Of a stretch of DNA of 64,000 bases, positions 1-9,861 are shown piece by piece. The first letter of the stretch is position 1. Each line of letters starts with the position of its first letter. The notes under the pieces were generated by a model. That model saw only the letters and a list, made by a program, of their open reading frames with translations, searched no databases and had not been told where the DNA came from. Location: positions 909,049 through 973,048 of the forward strand of contig NZ_SZUA01000001.1 of assembly GCF_005239095.1 (NCBI RefSeq). Reading direction: 5' to 3'. Source of the stretch: Luteimonas gilva (GTDB lineage: Bacteria > Pseudomonadota > Gammaproteobacteria > Xanthomonadales > Xanthomonadaceae). The translations under genes were made by a program, and so were the position numbers.

Positions 1-1
1 G

Positions 2-313
2 CGCCGGCAAAATCCGCGCTTCCAGGACGGCAACATCGACCGCAACCGCGAACTGGTCGAAGCGGTGACCGGACTGGCCGCCGCGCGTCGCGCCACGCCC
101 GCGCAACTCGCGCTGGCCTGGCTGCTGCATCGCGGGCCGGATATCGTGCCGATCCCGGGCACGCGCAAGATTTCGCGCCTGGACGAGAACGCGGGCGCGG
201 CGTCGATCCGCTTGAGCGAAGAAGAATTGCGGCGTATCGACGGCGTGCTGGCCAGCCACGAAATCGCCGGGATGCGGTATCCCGAAGCGGGCATGGCCAC
301 CGTCAACGCGTGA
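2..313 (+). CDS. Aldo/keto reductase, C-terminal fragment (5' end outside window)
   Basis: In-frame translation from position 2 gives ...NIDRNRELVEAVTGLAAARRATPAQLALAWLLHRGPDIVPIPGTRKISRLDENAGA..., the typical AKR C-terminus. Confidence 0.7.
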   Translation, partial: RRQNPRFQDGNIDRNRELVEAVTGLAAARRATPAQLALAWLLHRGPDIVPIPGTRKISRLDENAGAASIRLSEEELRRIDGVLASHEIAGMRYPEAGMATVNA

Positions 314-390
314 TCGCCGCAACCGACGATCGGACCGCATAGAAAAAAGGCGCGGCATGGCCGCGCCTTTGTGCCGCAACGCTGGCCCAG

Positions 391-2265
391 TCAGTTGAGC
401 TTGGACATCGGCAGGGCTTTGCCGCTGGACAAGGCCTGATCGATGATCGACCGCACCACCCCGTCGGCCTGGCGGCTGAGCTGTTCCTGCTGCTTGCCGA
501 GCGCGTCCATCTGCTTGCCTAGGGCTTCCATGGGCTTGCTGGCTTGCTCCATTTGGCGACTCAATTCTTCCATCGGCCTCTGCGATGCCTCGATGCGCGC
601 CGAATGCGCGTTCATTTTTTCGCTCAAGGCTTCCATGCGGTCCGATAGGGGCTGCATACGCGTTTGCAGGGCTTCCATCTGGCCATCGAGCGCCTCGCGC
701 TGTTGATCGCTATCCGCACGCGCCATTTCGGCGCTGAGCCGCCGCATCTTGTCCGCAAGCACTTGCTGTTGCTCGGACACCGCTTCCATTTCTTTGCCGG
801 TCCGCTCCATCTCGGCGCTGGGCGCCTGATGCTTCGCGCTCAGCGCTTCCATCTGGCGGCCGTAGCCTTCCATCACCTTGCTGTGCCCGGACATCTTGTC
901 GCTCAAAGCTTCCATCCGAACGCCGAGCGCTTCGGTGGGTTTCCAGGCTTCGTCGACCCGGGCGAGCATGGCCGGATCCTGCAGCACGTACGATTCGCTG
1001 CCGCGGCGGAACCAGAGGAATTCGCCCTGGATGCTGCGCCGCGCCTTTTCGGCTTCGCGGATGTCGTTGACGTTGCCGGACACGGTCATCGCATCTTTGT
1101 CGGCGCGAACCAGCGCATAGGCTTCGCGGGGACCGCGTCCGCCGACTTGGATGCTTCCGGTAGTGCGCCCCGACGCCGATGGCGCGGATCGGGCGGCCGG
1201 CGCGGCCTTGGCTTGGGCGATGGCCGCAGGTTTGGCGCTGGCGGTAGCCGCGACCTTGGCGGTCGGCGCTTGGCCTTGCGCGAAAACGGTGAGGCAGATC
1301 GCGCTCAAGCCGAGGATCGGCAATGCGATTTTCCAACTGAGCGCATGCCGGTCCGGTCGGACCAGATGCTGGATGCGTGACATGAGATTTCCTCCGTGCG
1401 CCGCAGGCGCGAGATGGGGTTGCGCGAATCCGTCCTTAGCGCCGATCAGGTCCAGTTGCTGCAACGCGAGCGCCAGGCGTTTGGGATCGCCCAAGGCTTG
1501 CGCCGCCAGTTCGTCGGCGATCCGCTCGCGCTCGGCGCGGATCCGCTTGGAAAGCCACCACACCACCGGGTGGTAGAACAGCAGCGCCTCGATCGCGCTC
1601 TGCACCAGGTTGACCAGGTAGTCGTAGCGTTTGATATGGGCCAATTCGTGAGCCAGCAGCGCCTCGAGCAAATCGGCCGGCATGCGCGCGATCAGCGCCG
1701 CAGGCACCAGCACCAACGGCCGCCACCAACCGGCCGCGACCGGGCTGTCCAGATCCTCGGCGATGCGCAATGCGATCGCGCGGCGCAAACCCATCAATCC
1801 CGCGAGACGGTCGAGCCTGGCTTGCCAGCGCGGATCGACGGCGCCGGCATGCGCGCGCCGCATCCTGCTCACCCACGCCATGCCCATCGCCATGCGCGAG
1901 GCCAGCAAAGCCGCGCCGAGCGACCAGAGCGCGACGATCCAAGGCAATCTCAACTGCAAGGCCGAACGCCACGACTCCAACGGCGCGGCGAAAACTTCCG
2001 TGCCGGCGGCCGGCGGCGGCGCCATCGTCGCCAACGTGCGCGGAACCGCTACGGCCGCCTCGGTCTGCAATCCCCGCATCAGACCGATCAGCGGCAGCGC
2101 GGCGCACAGCGCGAGCGCCGCGCAGGCTACCGTGTACCGCGCCTGCGGCCGCGCGTTGCGCAGCAGAGCGAGGGTCAAAGCGGCGGCGAAACCGACCGCC
2201 AAGCCTTGCCAAAGGAAATCGATCAAGGCCCAACCCAAGGCGGCAACGAACGCGGGATCGCTCAT
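391..2265 (-). CDS. M56 family peptidase, BlaR1/MecR1-like signal transducer with repeat-rich coiled-coil C-terminus
   Basis: N-terminal TM segments and an HELAHIKRYD zinc motif typical of BlaR1 N-domain. The start overlaps the upstream blaI-like stop (ATGA). The C-terminus carries many MEALS-type repeats instead of a penicillin-binding sensor. Confidence 0.75.
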   Translation of the reverse strand: MSDPAFVAALGWALIDFLWQGLAVGFAAALTLALLRNARPQARYTVACAALALCAALPLIGLMRGLQTEAAVAVPRTLATMAPPPAAGTEVFAAPLESWRSALQLRLPWIVALWSLGAALLASRMAMGMAWVSRMRRAHAGAVDPRWQARLDRLAGLMGLRRAIALRIAEDLDSPVAAGWWRPLVLVPAALIARMPADLLEALLAHELAHIKRYDYLVNLVQSAIEALLFYHPVVWWLSKRIRAERERIADELAAQALGDPKRLALALQQLDLIGAKDGFAQPHLAPAAHGGNLMSRIQHLVRPDRHALSWKIALPILGLSAICLTVFAQGQAPTAKVAATASAKPAAIAQAKAAPAARSAPSASGRTTGSIQVGGRGPREAYALVRADKDAMTVSGNVNDIREAEKARRSIQGEFLWFRRGSESYVLQDPAMLARVDEAWKPTEALGVRMEALSDKMSGHSKVMEGYGRQMEALSAKHQAPSAEMERTGKEMEAVSEQQQVLADKMRRLSAEMARADSDQQREALDGQMEALQTRMQPLSDRMEALSEKMNAHSARIEASQRPMEELSRQMEQASKPMEALGKQMDALGKQQEQLSRQADGVVRSIIDQALSSGKALPMSKLN

Positions 2266-2645
2266 GAGTCTTCTCCATGCAGGAAGCGTTGGATTTCCTT
2301 GCGTTCCTTCTCGGTCACGTGCCCGCGCAGCGCGGCCATCACCAACTCCTTGCCGGAGCCGGCGAAGGCTTTATGGATCAGTTCCTTCAGTAGATTGGTG
2401 CGCAGCGAATCCTGCGCTTGGGCCGGCGCGTACACGTGCGAGCGTTCGCTTTCGTCGCGCACCAATAGGCCTTTGCCGTGCATGATCTGCATCAGGCGCA
2501 GCACCGTGGCGTAAGCCATGTCCGGACGTTCTTTCTGCGCGGCTTCGTGCACCTGCTTCACGGTCGCTTCGCCCAGCGGCCATAGCACGCGGAGCAAATT
2601 CAACTCGGCCGGAGTGGGTTTGGGCGGGGCTTTCTTCTTAGCCAT
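2262..2645 (-). CDS. BlaI/MecI/CopY family transcriptional repressor
   Basis: MAKKKAPPKPTPAELNLLRVLW...winged-helix penicillinase-repressor family; sits directly upstream of the M56 gene and overlaps it. Confidence 0.8.
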   Translation of the reverse strand: MAKKKAPPKPTPAELNLLRVLWPLGEATVKQVHEAAQKERPDMAYATVLRLMQIMHGKGLLVRDESERSHVYAPAQAQDSLRTNLLKELIHKAFAGSGKELVMAALRGHVTEKERKEIQRFLHGEDS

Positions 2646-2683
2646 GCAGCAAGGTCTCGGGAACCTGGAACGCACCCTAGACC

Positions 2684-2722
2684 CTCTAGAACTCTTTGTC
2701 TAGAACTTTTTGTCTACTATGA
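2684..2722. promoter_or_regulatory. Candidate operator: tandem direct repeat TCTAGAACTYTTTGTCTA upstream of the blaI-like gene
   Basis: ctctagaactctttgtctagaactttttgtctac lies 40-80 nt upstream of the repressor start. BlaI-family repressors autoregulate through repeats in their own promoter. Confidence 0.3.
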
Positions 2723-2743
2723 CTTTAGTTGGGTCCGGGCGGC

Positions 2744-3349
2744 TCAGCCGCGCAGCGGCCAGCGCCCGAGCGGCTCGTACTCGCCTTTTCCGATCGGGCT
2801 GCGGACCAGCACGAATTCGTCGGCGCGCCAGGAAATCGGGTTTATGGGCCGCGGCGCGAGCGAGCGCTCGTCGTACATCAGGGTCAGGTGCGGTTCGAAC
2901 CCGTGCGAGACGCGGACCACGCTCCCCAATCCGCGCAAGGCCTCGCCCAGCGTCGCATGCAATTCGCGCAAGGCTTCGCCGGCTTCGGTGCGCAAGACCA
3001 GCGGCGCATCCTGCCTGCGGCTGGCGAAACTGGAGACGTGATCGAAACGCACGTCGAAAGGGCTCGTTCGTACTTTGGAAGCCGCCTGCGCCGCGCGCTC
3101 GGCGATCGGCCGCCACAGATCCTGCGGATAGTCGCCGAGGAAATGTAGGGTCACGTGAAAATGGTCCGCGCGCAGCGCCTTCGCGCGCAGCCCATGTTCG
3201 CGACGCAATCGGTCGACGAGCTCTTCGATCTTGGCGACCGCGGCCGCATCCGGAAACAAAGCGAAAAACAGCCGATCGCTCGGCTTCGTATCGCCGAAAC
3301 CGAGGCCCAACTGTCCGCTCTGCGAGGCGTCGCGATCCATGCGCCGCAT
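2744..3349 (-). CDS. thpR: RNA 2',3'-cyclic phosphodiesterase / 2'-5' RNA ligase (ThpR/LigT, 2H family)
   Basis: Two HxT/S motifs (HVTLHFLG and HLTLMY). Start taken at the internal ATG (MRRMDRD), which overlaps the upstream gene stop as TAATG. Confidence 0.7.
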   Translation of the reverse strand: MRRMDRDASQSGQLGLGFGDTKPSDRLFFALFPDAAAVAKIEELVDRLRREHGLRAKALRADHFHVTLHFLGDYPQDLWRPIAERAAQAASKVRTSPFDVRFDHVSSFASRRQDAPLVLRTEAGEALRELHATLGEALRGLGSVVRVSHGFEPHLTLMYDERSLAPRPINPISWRADEFVLVRSPIGKGEYEPLGRWPLRG

Positions 3350-3975
3350 TACTCGCTCTTGCGGACCGGCGCCGGCTCCGCGAGGGACGTACGCGGCAAC
3401 GCCTGCGGCCCGGTTACGGCCTTGCAACCGCTGACGTAGGCGACGAAGCCGGCCATGTAGTCGCGCAAAGCCGTTGCGACGCGCTCGTCGACGATGCGGC
3501 CTTCGCCGTCGAACACGCTGCCGGCGCGCGACACCATCACCCTCCCCCCGGCCCACAGCTGCGCGCGCAGCGTGCGCATCACCGGCAGCCAGGCGTCCTG
3601 CGACAGGATGGTGCCGAAACCGCCCGGCGAAGCGCCGACGATCGCCACCGGCTTGCCGCCGAACACGCGCGGGATGTCGGACGAAGGCCGCGACAGCCAA
3701 TCGACCGCATTCTTGGCTACGCCCGGAATGCTGTTGTTGTATTCGGGCGTAGCGAGCAACAGGCCGTCCGCGGTCGCGATCGCGTCCTTCATCGCGGCCA
3801 CTTCGGCGGGAATGCCGTGCGCGGCCTCGTCGTCCGCGTTGTACAGCGGGAATGAGCGGATCGAAACGGTCTCCAGGGAGCTGCCGGCCGGCATCATCTC
3901 CGCCGCGGCGCGCAGCAAGGCCGTGTTGTACGAGCCTTTGCGCAGGCTGCCCGAGAATCCGACGATCGTGACCAT
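3349..3975 (-). CDS. NADPH-dependent FMN reductase family protein
   Basis: MVTIVGFSGSLRKGSYNTALLRAAAE...flavodoxin-like NAD(P)H:FMN reductase signature; translationally coupled to thpR. Confidence 0.7.
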   Translation of the reverse strand: MVTIVGFSGSLRKGSYNTALLRAAAEMMPAGSSLETVSIRSFPLYNADDEAAHGIPAEVAAMKDAIATADGLLLATPEYNNSIPGVAKNAVDWLSRPSSDIPRVFGGKPVAIVGASPGGFGTILSQDAWLPVMRTLRAQLWAGGRVMVSRAGSVFDGEGRIVDERVATALRDYMAGFVAYVSGCKAVTGPQALPRTSLAEPAPVRKSE

Positions 3976-4060
3976 GGCGCTCCGTTCCGATGCGGCCGCC
4001 CACGGCGGCACGAACGGATTGTGATACAGCCGCGCAGCGCGCGCGATCCTCGATGCGCTT

Positions 4061-4897
4061 TCAGCGCCCGGACGACGGCGCGGCGATCCACAACTCGCCG
4101 GCGGCCAAATCCAGCGTAACGACCTTGTCCTTCAAGAACGGCATGCCTAGGTTGCCGTCCAGGATCATGTCCGGCGCGAAGGCCGTGCCCTGCGCGCGCA
4201 GCGCGCCGGAAACGGCGAAGTCCGCTTGCTGCGGCCCCTTTTCTTCGGGATCCAGCCCCAACAGCGCCGCATACGGCTTGGCGACCAGGATCGTGCCGCC
4301 GTTGCCCGTATCCAGCTCCATCCACGCCATGCCGCTGCGCGTCGGGATGCCGACGGATGCGGCCAGCGCCCTGCCCTGCAGTTCGCGCGACAGGCTCACC
4401 GGCAGACTGCGCGCTTGCGCGGTGCGTTCGCGCAGGCTTCCGGGCGATTCGACGATCAGGCGCATGGCCGGAAAATCGATGGTGATCGCGCGCCCGGCGA
4501 ACGCGTCCAGCGCGATCGATCCGTCCAACGGCGCGGCGTCCTTGGGCAGCAGCGAGACGATATCGAACACGCCGGCGACCGGCACACGATAGGTCTGCGC
4601 GCCGAGGCGCAAGGGCACGTCGTCGCAACGCGGCATATCGAGGCGGTCGCCCATCATCCGGTGGCCGCTCAAACGGCCCCAGGGCTTGCAACCGATCTTG
4701 GCGGCGAAGGACGGCGACAGCAGCGTGATGCCGCCCGCCGTATCGAACGTGAACAACCCTTGTCGATCGCCGACCTGCGCGCGCAACGCGACGGTCTTGC
4801 GATACGGCTCCAGCTTGTAGACGGCTTGCGGCGCTGTCGCCGCCGCAGCGGCGAACGGAAGGAAAGCCAATGCAGTCAAGAAACCTTTGCGAACCAT
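4061..4897 (-). CDS. Secreted retropepsin-like aspartyl protease
   Basis: Signal peptide MVRKGFLTALAFLPFAAAAA and two D(T/S)G motifs (FDTAGG, ELDTGNGG). Confidence 0.6.
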   Translation of the reverse strand: MVRKGFLTALAFLPFAAAAATAPQAVYKLEPYRKTVALRAQVGDRQGLFTFDTAGGITLLSPSFAAKIGCKPWGRLSGHRMMGDRLDMPRCDDVPLRLGAQTYRVPVAGVFDIVSLLPKDAAPLDGSIALDAFAGRAITIDFPAMRLIVESPGSLRERTAQARSLPVSLSRELQGRALAASVGIPTRSGMAWMELDTGNGGTILVAKPYAALLGLDPEEKGPQQADFAVSGALRAQGTAFAPDMILDGNLGMPFLKDKVVTLDLAAGELWIAAPSSGR

Positions 4898-5241
4898 CGA
4901 TCGTTCCTCTTCGAAAAGCGGCCATAGCCGTTCATCGACTGGATGCATTCGGATTCGATTCCGTCGCAGCGCGCCGCGAGCGCTGGTCGCGAGCCGCCGT
5001 GAGTCCGTCCTGGCCATCGATGCCTACGCCGAACCGAGAGCCGCTTCGGCCATGAAAATCTAGCGAGTCCGACCGCCCTTCTGCCGGCGCGGGGGGCCTT
5101 AAAACCCCCTTTTGGCCTCCCGTCCGGAGCCGCTTTCGTTCGATCGGAAGGGGCCACTTCCGGGGGTGTTCCACTGGCTCCGGAAAGGAATAGACTCGTC
5201 TCCAGCGCCATCCTCGCGGCCGGGCCGCGGAGGGTTTTCGC

Positions 5242-6330
5242 ATGACGGTTTGGGCGACTGCGGCGTTGCTGGCGGCCTCCGCACTGGGGCCTGGTCCGGC
5301 TCCTTTGCCCAGCGAAAACCAAGTCCTGGCCGTGCCGCCCGAACTGGAAACGCAGTTCCGCCGGCAAGTGATCGACAAGACCGAATCCAAGCCCGAGCGC
5401 CTGCGCCTGTTGATCGATTTCGTGCTCAACGAGCCGGGCTTGGGTCTGGTCTACGACAACGAAACCACGCGCACCGTCGCCGAAACCTATCGCACCCGCC
5501 AGGCGAACTGCCTGTCGTTCACCCTGTTGTTCGTCGCGCTCGCGCGCGAGGCCGGGCTGAAGACCCATATCCAGGAATACGAAGAAGTGCTGTTCTGGTA
5601 TTTGCAGGACGGTTTGGTCTACAACTCCAGCCACGTCAACGCGAAAGTGGAAGCGGGGCCGTTGCGGCAAACCGTGGACGTCGGCCGCAATATGCTGATC
5701 TCGCGCTATAAGCCGAAAATCATCACCGACCAACGCGCGCTATCGTTCTTCTACAACAATCGCGGCGTTGAACTGATGGCGCAGGGCGATCTGGTCGGCG
5801 CGCGGCGGCATATGGAGCAATCGTTGAAATTGGCGCCCGACGAACCTTCCGGCTGGAGCAATCTGGGCGTGCTCGAAATGCGCGTCGGCGACACCGCCTC
5901 GGCCGAACACGCTTATCAAGAAGCCTTGAAGCTGGATTCCCGGCACGATGCGACCTTGACCAACATCGTCGCCTTGTACCAGCGTCTCGACAACCGCGCG
6001 CTCGCCGCCAAATACCTGAAACGGCTCAACCAGGTGCAGTCCGCCGACCCGTTCCACCAGTTCATGATGGCTACCGACAGCGAGCGCCGCGGCGATTACG
6101 CGGCGGCGGTGGGCTACTACCGGCGCGCGATCCGCCTGTATCGCGACGAGCCCGCGTTCCACCTCGGCCTCGCCCGCGCCTACCAAGGCTTGGGAGACGC
6201 CGCGCGCGCCGAACGCGCTTTGGCGAGGGCGGACGTGCTGAAACAAGAGAACGAACGGCGTGCGCTGCAAGCCAAGAACGAAGAACGGCGGCGGCGCGCC
6301 GGCGCCGTGGCCAGGCAGGTCAATTTCTAG
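5242..6330 (+). CDS. Transglutaminase-like cysteine peptidase domain plus TPR repeats protein
   Basis: ANCLSF (Cys) and SSHVN (His) of the transglutaminase-like core, followed by TPR-like repeats; N-terminal signal peptide. Confidence 0.55.
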   Translation: MTVWATAALLAASALGPGPAPLPSENQVLAVPPELETQFRRQVIDKTESKPERLRLLIDFVLNEPGLGLVYDNETTRTVAETYRTRQANCLSFTLLFVALAREAGLKTHIQEYEEVLFWYLQDGLVYNSSHVNAKVEAGPLRQTVDVGRNMLISRYKPKIITDQRALSFFYNNRGVELMAQGDLVGARRHMEQSLKLAPDEPSGWSNLGVLEMRVGDTASAEHAYQEALKLDSRHDATLTNIVALYQRLDNRALAAKYLKRLNQVQSADPFHQFMMATDSERRGDYAAAVGYYRRAIRLYRDEPAFHLGLARAYQGLGDAARAERALARADVLKQENERRALQAKNEERRRRAGAVARQVNF

Positions 6331-7226
6331 CCGCGGCGCGCGTAATCGGCGGGCGGGCGGCCGACCAGCGCCTTGAAGTCGCGGATGAAGTGGGCTTGAT
6401 CGAAATAGCCCAAATCCAGCGCCAACTGCGCCCAATCCACTTCGATGCCTTCGGCAAGGCGCTCCAAAGCCTCGTGCAACCGATAACGGTTGATCACCCA
6501 TTTCGGACCGACGCCGACGTATTCGTTGAATAAGCGCTGCAGGCTGCGCGCACCGATGCGCCAGCGCTCGCTCGCCTGTTCGACGCGGCCTATGCTCAAG
6601 TCCGAAGCGATGGCATCGACGATTTCGCCGGCGCGCAGCGCCTCGGGATCGGCAGGCGGCAGACGCGCGAGAAAGAAGCGCTCCGCAGCGGCGACTTGTT
6701 CCGCATCGCTTCGCGCCGCGAACAGCTCCGCTTCCAAAACCGCGGCTTCGGCACCGAACACCGCTGCGCCGTCCAGCGAAGCGTCGCGCAGCGCGGATAG
6801 CGGCTTGTCCAGATAGGCGCGGAAACCGCCGGGCCGGAATTTCACCCCGAACACGCCGCCCCGCCCTTCAAGCACGCGGGTGAAGCGGCCGGTATGCACG
6901 CCCTGGATGCGGGTGAGGCCGGGTTCGAACACCCAATGCACGTTCGGATGCGGCAGGGTCTCGCGCACTTGCGGCGGCGAACCTTCCAGATCCCAGCGCA
7001 CGATCCAGAAGTGCTGCACCACTCCCGCCAAGGGAGGCGCCGGCGCGATCCGGGCGTGGTGGAAAACGCCCGGTCCTGGCGCATGGCGCAGGATTCCGCG
7101 CGCCTTGCCGGGCGCGCGTACGGAATCCGCCGTTTCGGGCGAGGAATCCGCCTGTCGCGTTTTTCCAATATCCGCCTGCACGGTTTTGTTCGAATGCGCG
7201 CAAGGAAGGACATCGGAGTCTGCCAT
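6327..7226 (-). CDS. AraC family transcriptional regulator
   Basis: C-terminal AraC HTH (...LALDLGYFDQAHFIRDFKALVGRPPADYARRG). Start taken at internal MADSD; the longer ORF upstream is low-complexity. Confidence 0.6.
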   Translation of the reverse strand: MADSDVLPCAHSNKTVQADIGKTRQADSSPETADSVRAPGKARGILRHAPGPGVFHHARIAPAPPLAGVVQHFWIVRWDLEGSPPQVRETLPHPNVHWVFEPGLTRIQGVHTGRFTRVLEGRGGVFGVKFRPGGFRAYLDKPLSALRDASLDGAAVFGAEAAVLEAELFAARSDAEQVAAAERFFLARLPPADPEALRAGEIVDAIASDLSIGRVEQASERWRIGARSLQRLFNEYVGVGPKWVINRYRLHEALERLAEGIEVDWAQLALDLGYFDQAHFIRDFKALVGRPPADYARRG

Positions 7227-7716
7227 GAAATCGCGCACCGCCCCCGCTTTCGCCCTCGCCCTCTGCGCGGCCGCTTCTCTAGCGCACGCGGCCGCCCCTT
7301 CGCCGCAGGAGCCTATCGCCATGCACGCCAAAGGCAGTTTCGATATCAAGATGCAGCCGCAGAAACCCGACAATCCGCAAGCCGAGGCCGCGCAATTGGC
7401 CCGTATTTCGCTGGACAAGCGCTTCGCGGGCGCGCTGGAAGCCGTCAGCCAAGGCGAAATGCTCGCGGCCGGCGGCGGGCAATCCAGTGCGTACGTCGCG
7501 CTCGAAAAGATCGACGGCGCGCTGCAGGGCCGCAAAGGCAGCTTCTTCCTGCTCCACAGCGCGACCATGCGGCAAGGCGCGCCGCAAGATTGGTCGGTGA
7601 CCGTGGTGCCGGATTCGGGAACCGGGCAGTTGCAGGGATTGGCCGGAAAAATGCGGATCGACATCGTCGACGGCAAGCATTACTACGACTTCGAATACAC
7701 GCTGCCGGCGCCGTGA
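7225..7716 (+). CDS. DUF3224 domain protein, secreted
   Basis: MKSRTAPAFALALCAAASLAHA signal peptide; ...YYDFEYTLPAP C-terminus typical of DUF3224; divergent from the AraC gene. Confidence 0.6.
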   Translation: MKSRTAPAFALALCAAASLAHAAAPSPQEPIAMHAKGSFDIKMQPQKPDNPQAEAAQLARISLDKRFAGALEAVSQGEMLAAGGGQSSAYVALEKIDGALQGRKGSFFLLHSATMRQGAPQDWSVTVVPDSGTGQLQGLAGKMRIDIVDGKHYYDFEYTLPAP

Positions 7717-7804
7717 TGGCCGCTGCAAAGGGCTCCACCTCGCCGCGACACGGCTTCGGTTAGCCTCGAAGGCCCGCCGATCCGCTTTGCGGCCGGAGCC
7801 CGAC

Positions 7805-8278
7805 ATGGAGCACACGACGCAACAAAAACGCAGCGCGCCTTATCTTCGCCTGCACGCGATGGTCCTGCTGTCCTTCCTGACGATGTACGCCCTGATGTAC
7901 GCGATGGTCGACCGCATCGGCAACGTCCTGCCCAATCTCAACCAGTTCTACATGGCCGGCCTGATGGCGGCGCCGATGGCGATCTTCGAGCTGATCGTGA
8001 TGCGCGGCATGTATCCGAACAGCAAGGCGAACGCGATCCTGGTCGCGGTGAGCCTCGCGGCCATGCTCGCGTTCTGGTTCGGCATCCGCGAGCAAGCCGG
8101 GATCGGCGATCGCCAACTGCTCAAATCGATGATTCCCCACCACACCGGCGCGGTGCTGATGTGCAAGCGCGCGGCATTGAGCGACCCGGACAACCGCGCG
8201 CTGTGCGACGCCATCGTCGCCGGGCAGCAGGCCGAAATCGACCGGATGAAGGCCAAGCTGCGGACGTCCGAACCTTAG
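7805..8278 (+). CDS. DUF305 family protein
   Basis: MIPHHTGAVLMCKRA...HH motif and helix pattern of DUF305. ATG at 7805; the ORF track starts at an upstream TTG. Confidence 0.6.
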   Translation: MEHTTQQKRSAPYLRLHAMVLLSFLTMYALMYAMVDRIGNVLPNLNQFYMAGLMAAPMAIFELIVMRGMYPNSKANAILVAVSLAAMLAFWFGIREQAGIGDRQLLKSMIPHHTGAVLMCKRAALSDPDNRALCDAIVAGQQAEIDRMKAKLRTSEP

Positions 8279-8370
8279 GCCGGTTGGCGCGATTCTTGAA
8301 GCCGGCGCCGCCTTGTGCGCGCGTCGGCTTGGGGGCATATTGCGCGGCGACCTCACCGCCGGGGAACGAC

Positions 8371-8892
8371 ATGGTCTTGGGAATGGGTCCGCTCGTCCTG
8401 CTTCACGTCGCGATCAGTCTCGTGGGAATTTTCTCCGGGTTGATCGTGCTGTTCCACGGGTTGCTGGCTTCGCGCAGATTGCCCGGTTGGACCTCGCTGT
8501 TCTTGTGGTCGACCGTGGCCACCAGCCTGAGCGGTTTCATCCTGCCGGCGACGCGCTTCCTGCCTTCGCACGCGACCGGCGTCCTTTCGATGATCGCGCT
8601 CGCCGTCGCCATTCCCGCGCTGTACAAATTCCGCCTGGCCGGCGGCTGGCGCCGCGCATACGTCGTGAGCGCGGTGCTCTCGCTCTATCTCAACGTGTTC
8701 GTGCTGGTGGTGCAGCTGTTCCTGAAAGTGCCGGCCTTGAAGGCCTTGGCGCCGACCCAGAAGGAGCCGCCGTTTCTGATCGCGCAAGGCGCCGTGCTGC
8801 TGGTTTTCGTCGCACTCTGCTTGTTGGCGTTGAAGCGTTTCCGTCCCGAACCGGCGACGCCTGCCGCTGCCGGAGCCGCGGCGCTGTCCTGA
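8371..8892 (+). CDS. Integral membrane protein (4-5 TM), unknown function
   Basis: Hydrophobic segments MVLGMGPLVLLHVAISLVGIFSGLIVLF... Confidence 0.5.
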   Translation: MVLGMGPLVLLHVAISLVGIFSGLIVLFHGLLASRRLPGWTSLFLWSTVATSLSGFILPATRFLPSHATGVLSMIALAVAIPALYKFRLAGGWRRAYVVSAVLSLYLNVFVLVVQLFLKVPALKALAPTQKEPPFLIAQGAVLLVFVALCLLALKRFRPEPATPAAAGAAALS

Positions 8893-8898
8893 GAACGA

Positions 8899-9354
8899 TC
8901 AAACCAGGCGGTGTTTCTTCAACAACGCCTGCTCGTCGCCGGTAACGTAGGCGAAGATCTTCGGCACGCCTTTGCGCAGCGCCAGGAAATACCGGTTGGC
9001 GAATACGATTCTCACCGGCGCGCCGTCCTTGCGGCGCCGGTATCGCGAATCCCAAGTCACCTTGGCCATCGCGTGCGTGGCGTCCAGCGGCGTGACCTCG
9101 AGCTTGGCGATCTTCATCGAGACGGTGCCGATCTTGCGGTAGTAAGCGAAGCCGCGACCGGGCGCGAACCTGAACCTCAATCCGTTCTTGCCGCCCTGGA
9201 CGCCCGCCGGGCTGGATTCGACGAAGTATTCGGCGAACGAACCGATCACGCCGTCGGTGTCCACGTCGGAAGGATCGTCGAGCGAGCGCTGGAAACGTTC
9301 GGCGTACCGGCGGAAGAAATGCGCGACCTTGCGCTTCATGGCGGCGGGAGTCAT
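8899..9354 (-). CDS. Hypothetical protein
   Basis: 151-aa ORF with ATG start and coding-like composition; no family recognised. Confidence 0.4.
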   Translation of the reverse strand: MTPAAMKRKVAHFFRRYAERFQRSLDDPSDVDTDGVIGSFAEYFVESSPAGVQGGKNGLRFRFAPGRGFAYYRKIGTVSMKIAKLEVTPLDATHAMAKVTWDSRYRRRKDGAPVRIVFANRYFLALRKGVPKIFAYVTGDEQALLKKHRLV

Positions 9355-9420
9355 GCCGGCTCCTGATGCGAACGGGCCGCCAGAATGGGAGAGGCGCGAT
9401 CAACGCGCCGTGACCGCGGA

Positions 9421-9687
9421 TCAGCGCAACTGGCTGTCCTTGCTGCCGCGGCGGTTGTAGCCGCTGGCGGCGCCCTGTTCGCGATCGTGCGCTTCCTGGC
9501 AGCTCACGCACAAACGCACGCCGGGCACGGCCTTGCGCCGCGCTTCGGGAATCGGCGAATCGCATTCTTCGCAGCGTTCCAAGCCGGGCCCGTGGCCGAG
9601 CTGGCTGCGCGCTTTCTTGATGGCGTCCTTCACGGTCGCGTCGATCTGGTCCTGCACCGCGCCGTCGCCCGCCCAACCGGTGGCCAT
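9421..9687 (-). CDS. DksA/TraR family C4-type zinc finger protein
   Basis: CEECDSPIPEARRKAVPGVRLCVSCQ four-cysteine finger. Start at internal ATG (MATGWAGDG). Confidence 0.65.
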   Translation of the reverse strand: MATGWAGDGAVQDQIDATVKDAIKKARSQLGHGPGLERCEECDSPIPEARRKAVPGVRLCVSCQEAHDREQGAASGYNRRGSKDSQLR

Positions 9688-9861
9688 ATTCGCCTCCGTT
9701 CCTTGTTCTAGGCTGCAAGGATAGCTCCGCTGCGATGAATCTGTCGCAAAGGCATCGCCGCGCAAGGCTTAATTGATTCTGTCCGCGGAGAAGGCGCCGT
9801 TTCCCAAGCGCGCCTGCACGCCTGTAGTCTTAGCGAGTCGACCCAAAGCGGAATCCCTCCG

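Noticed and set aside
664-2514. Many long ORFs antisense or out of frame to the BlaR1-like gene (for example 664-1380+, 1396-2514+, 1436-2278-)
   Set aside because: Arg/Pro/Gly/Ala-rich translations typical of wrong-frame ORFs in 68% GC DNA. They overlap a gene with clear motifs.
7224-7227. Overlapping divergent start codons (CATG) of AraC and DUF3224 genes
   Set aside because: The AraC start is uncertain, as the true start may be a downstream Met. This is probably just a tight divergent promoter region, not a special feature.
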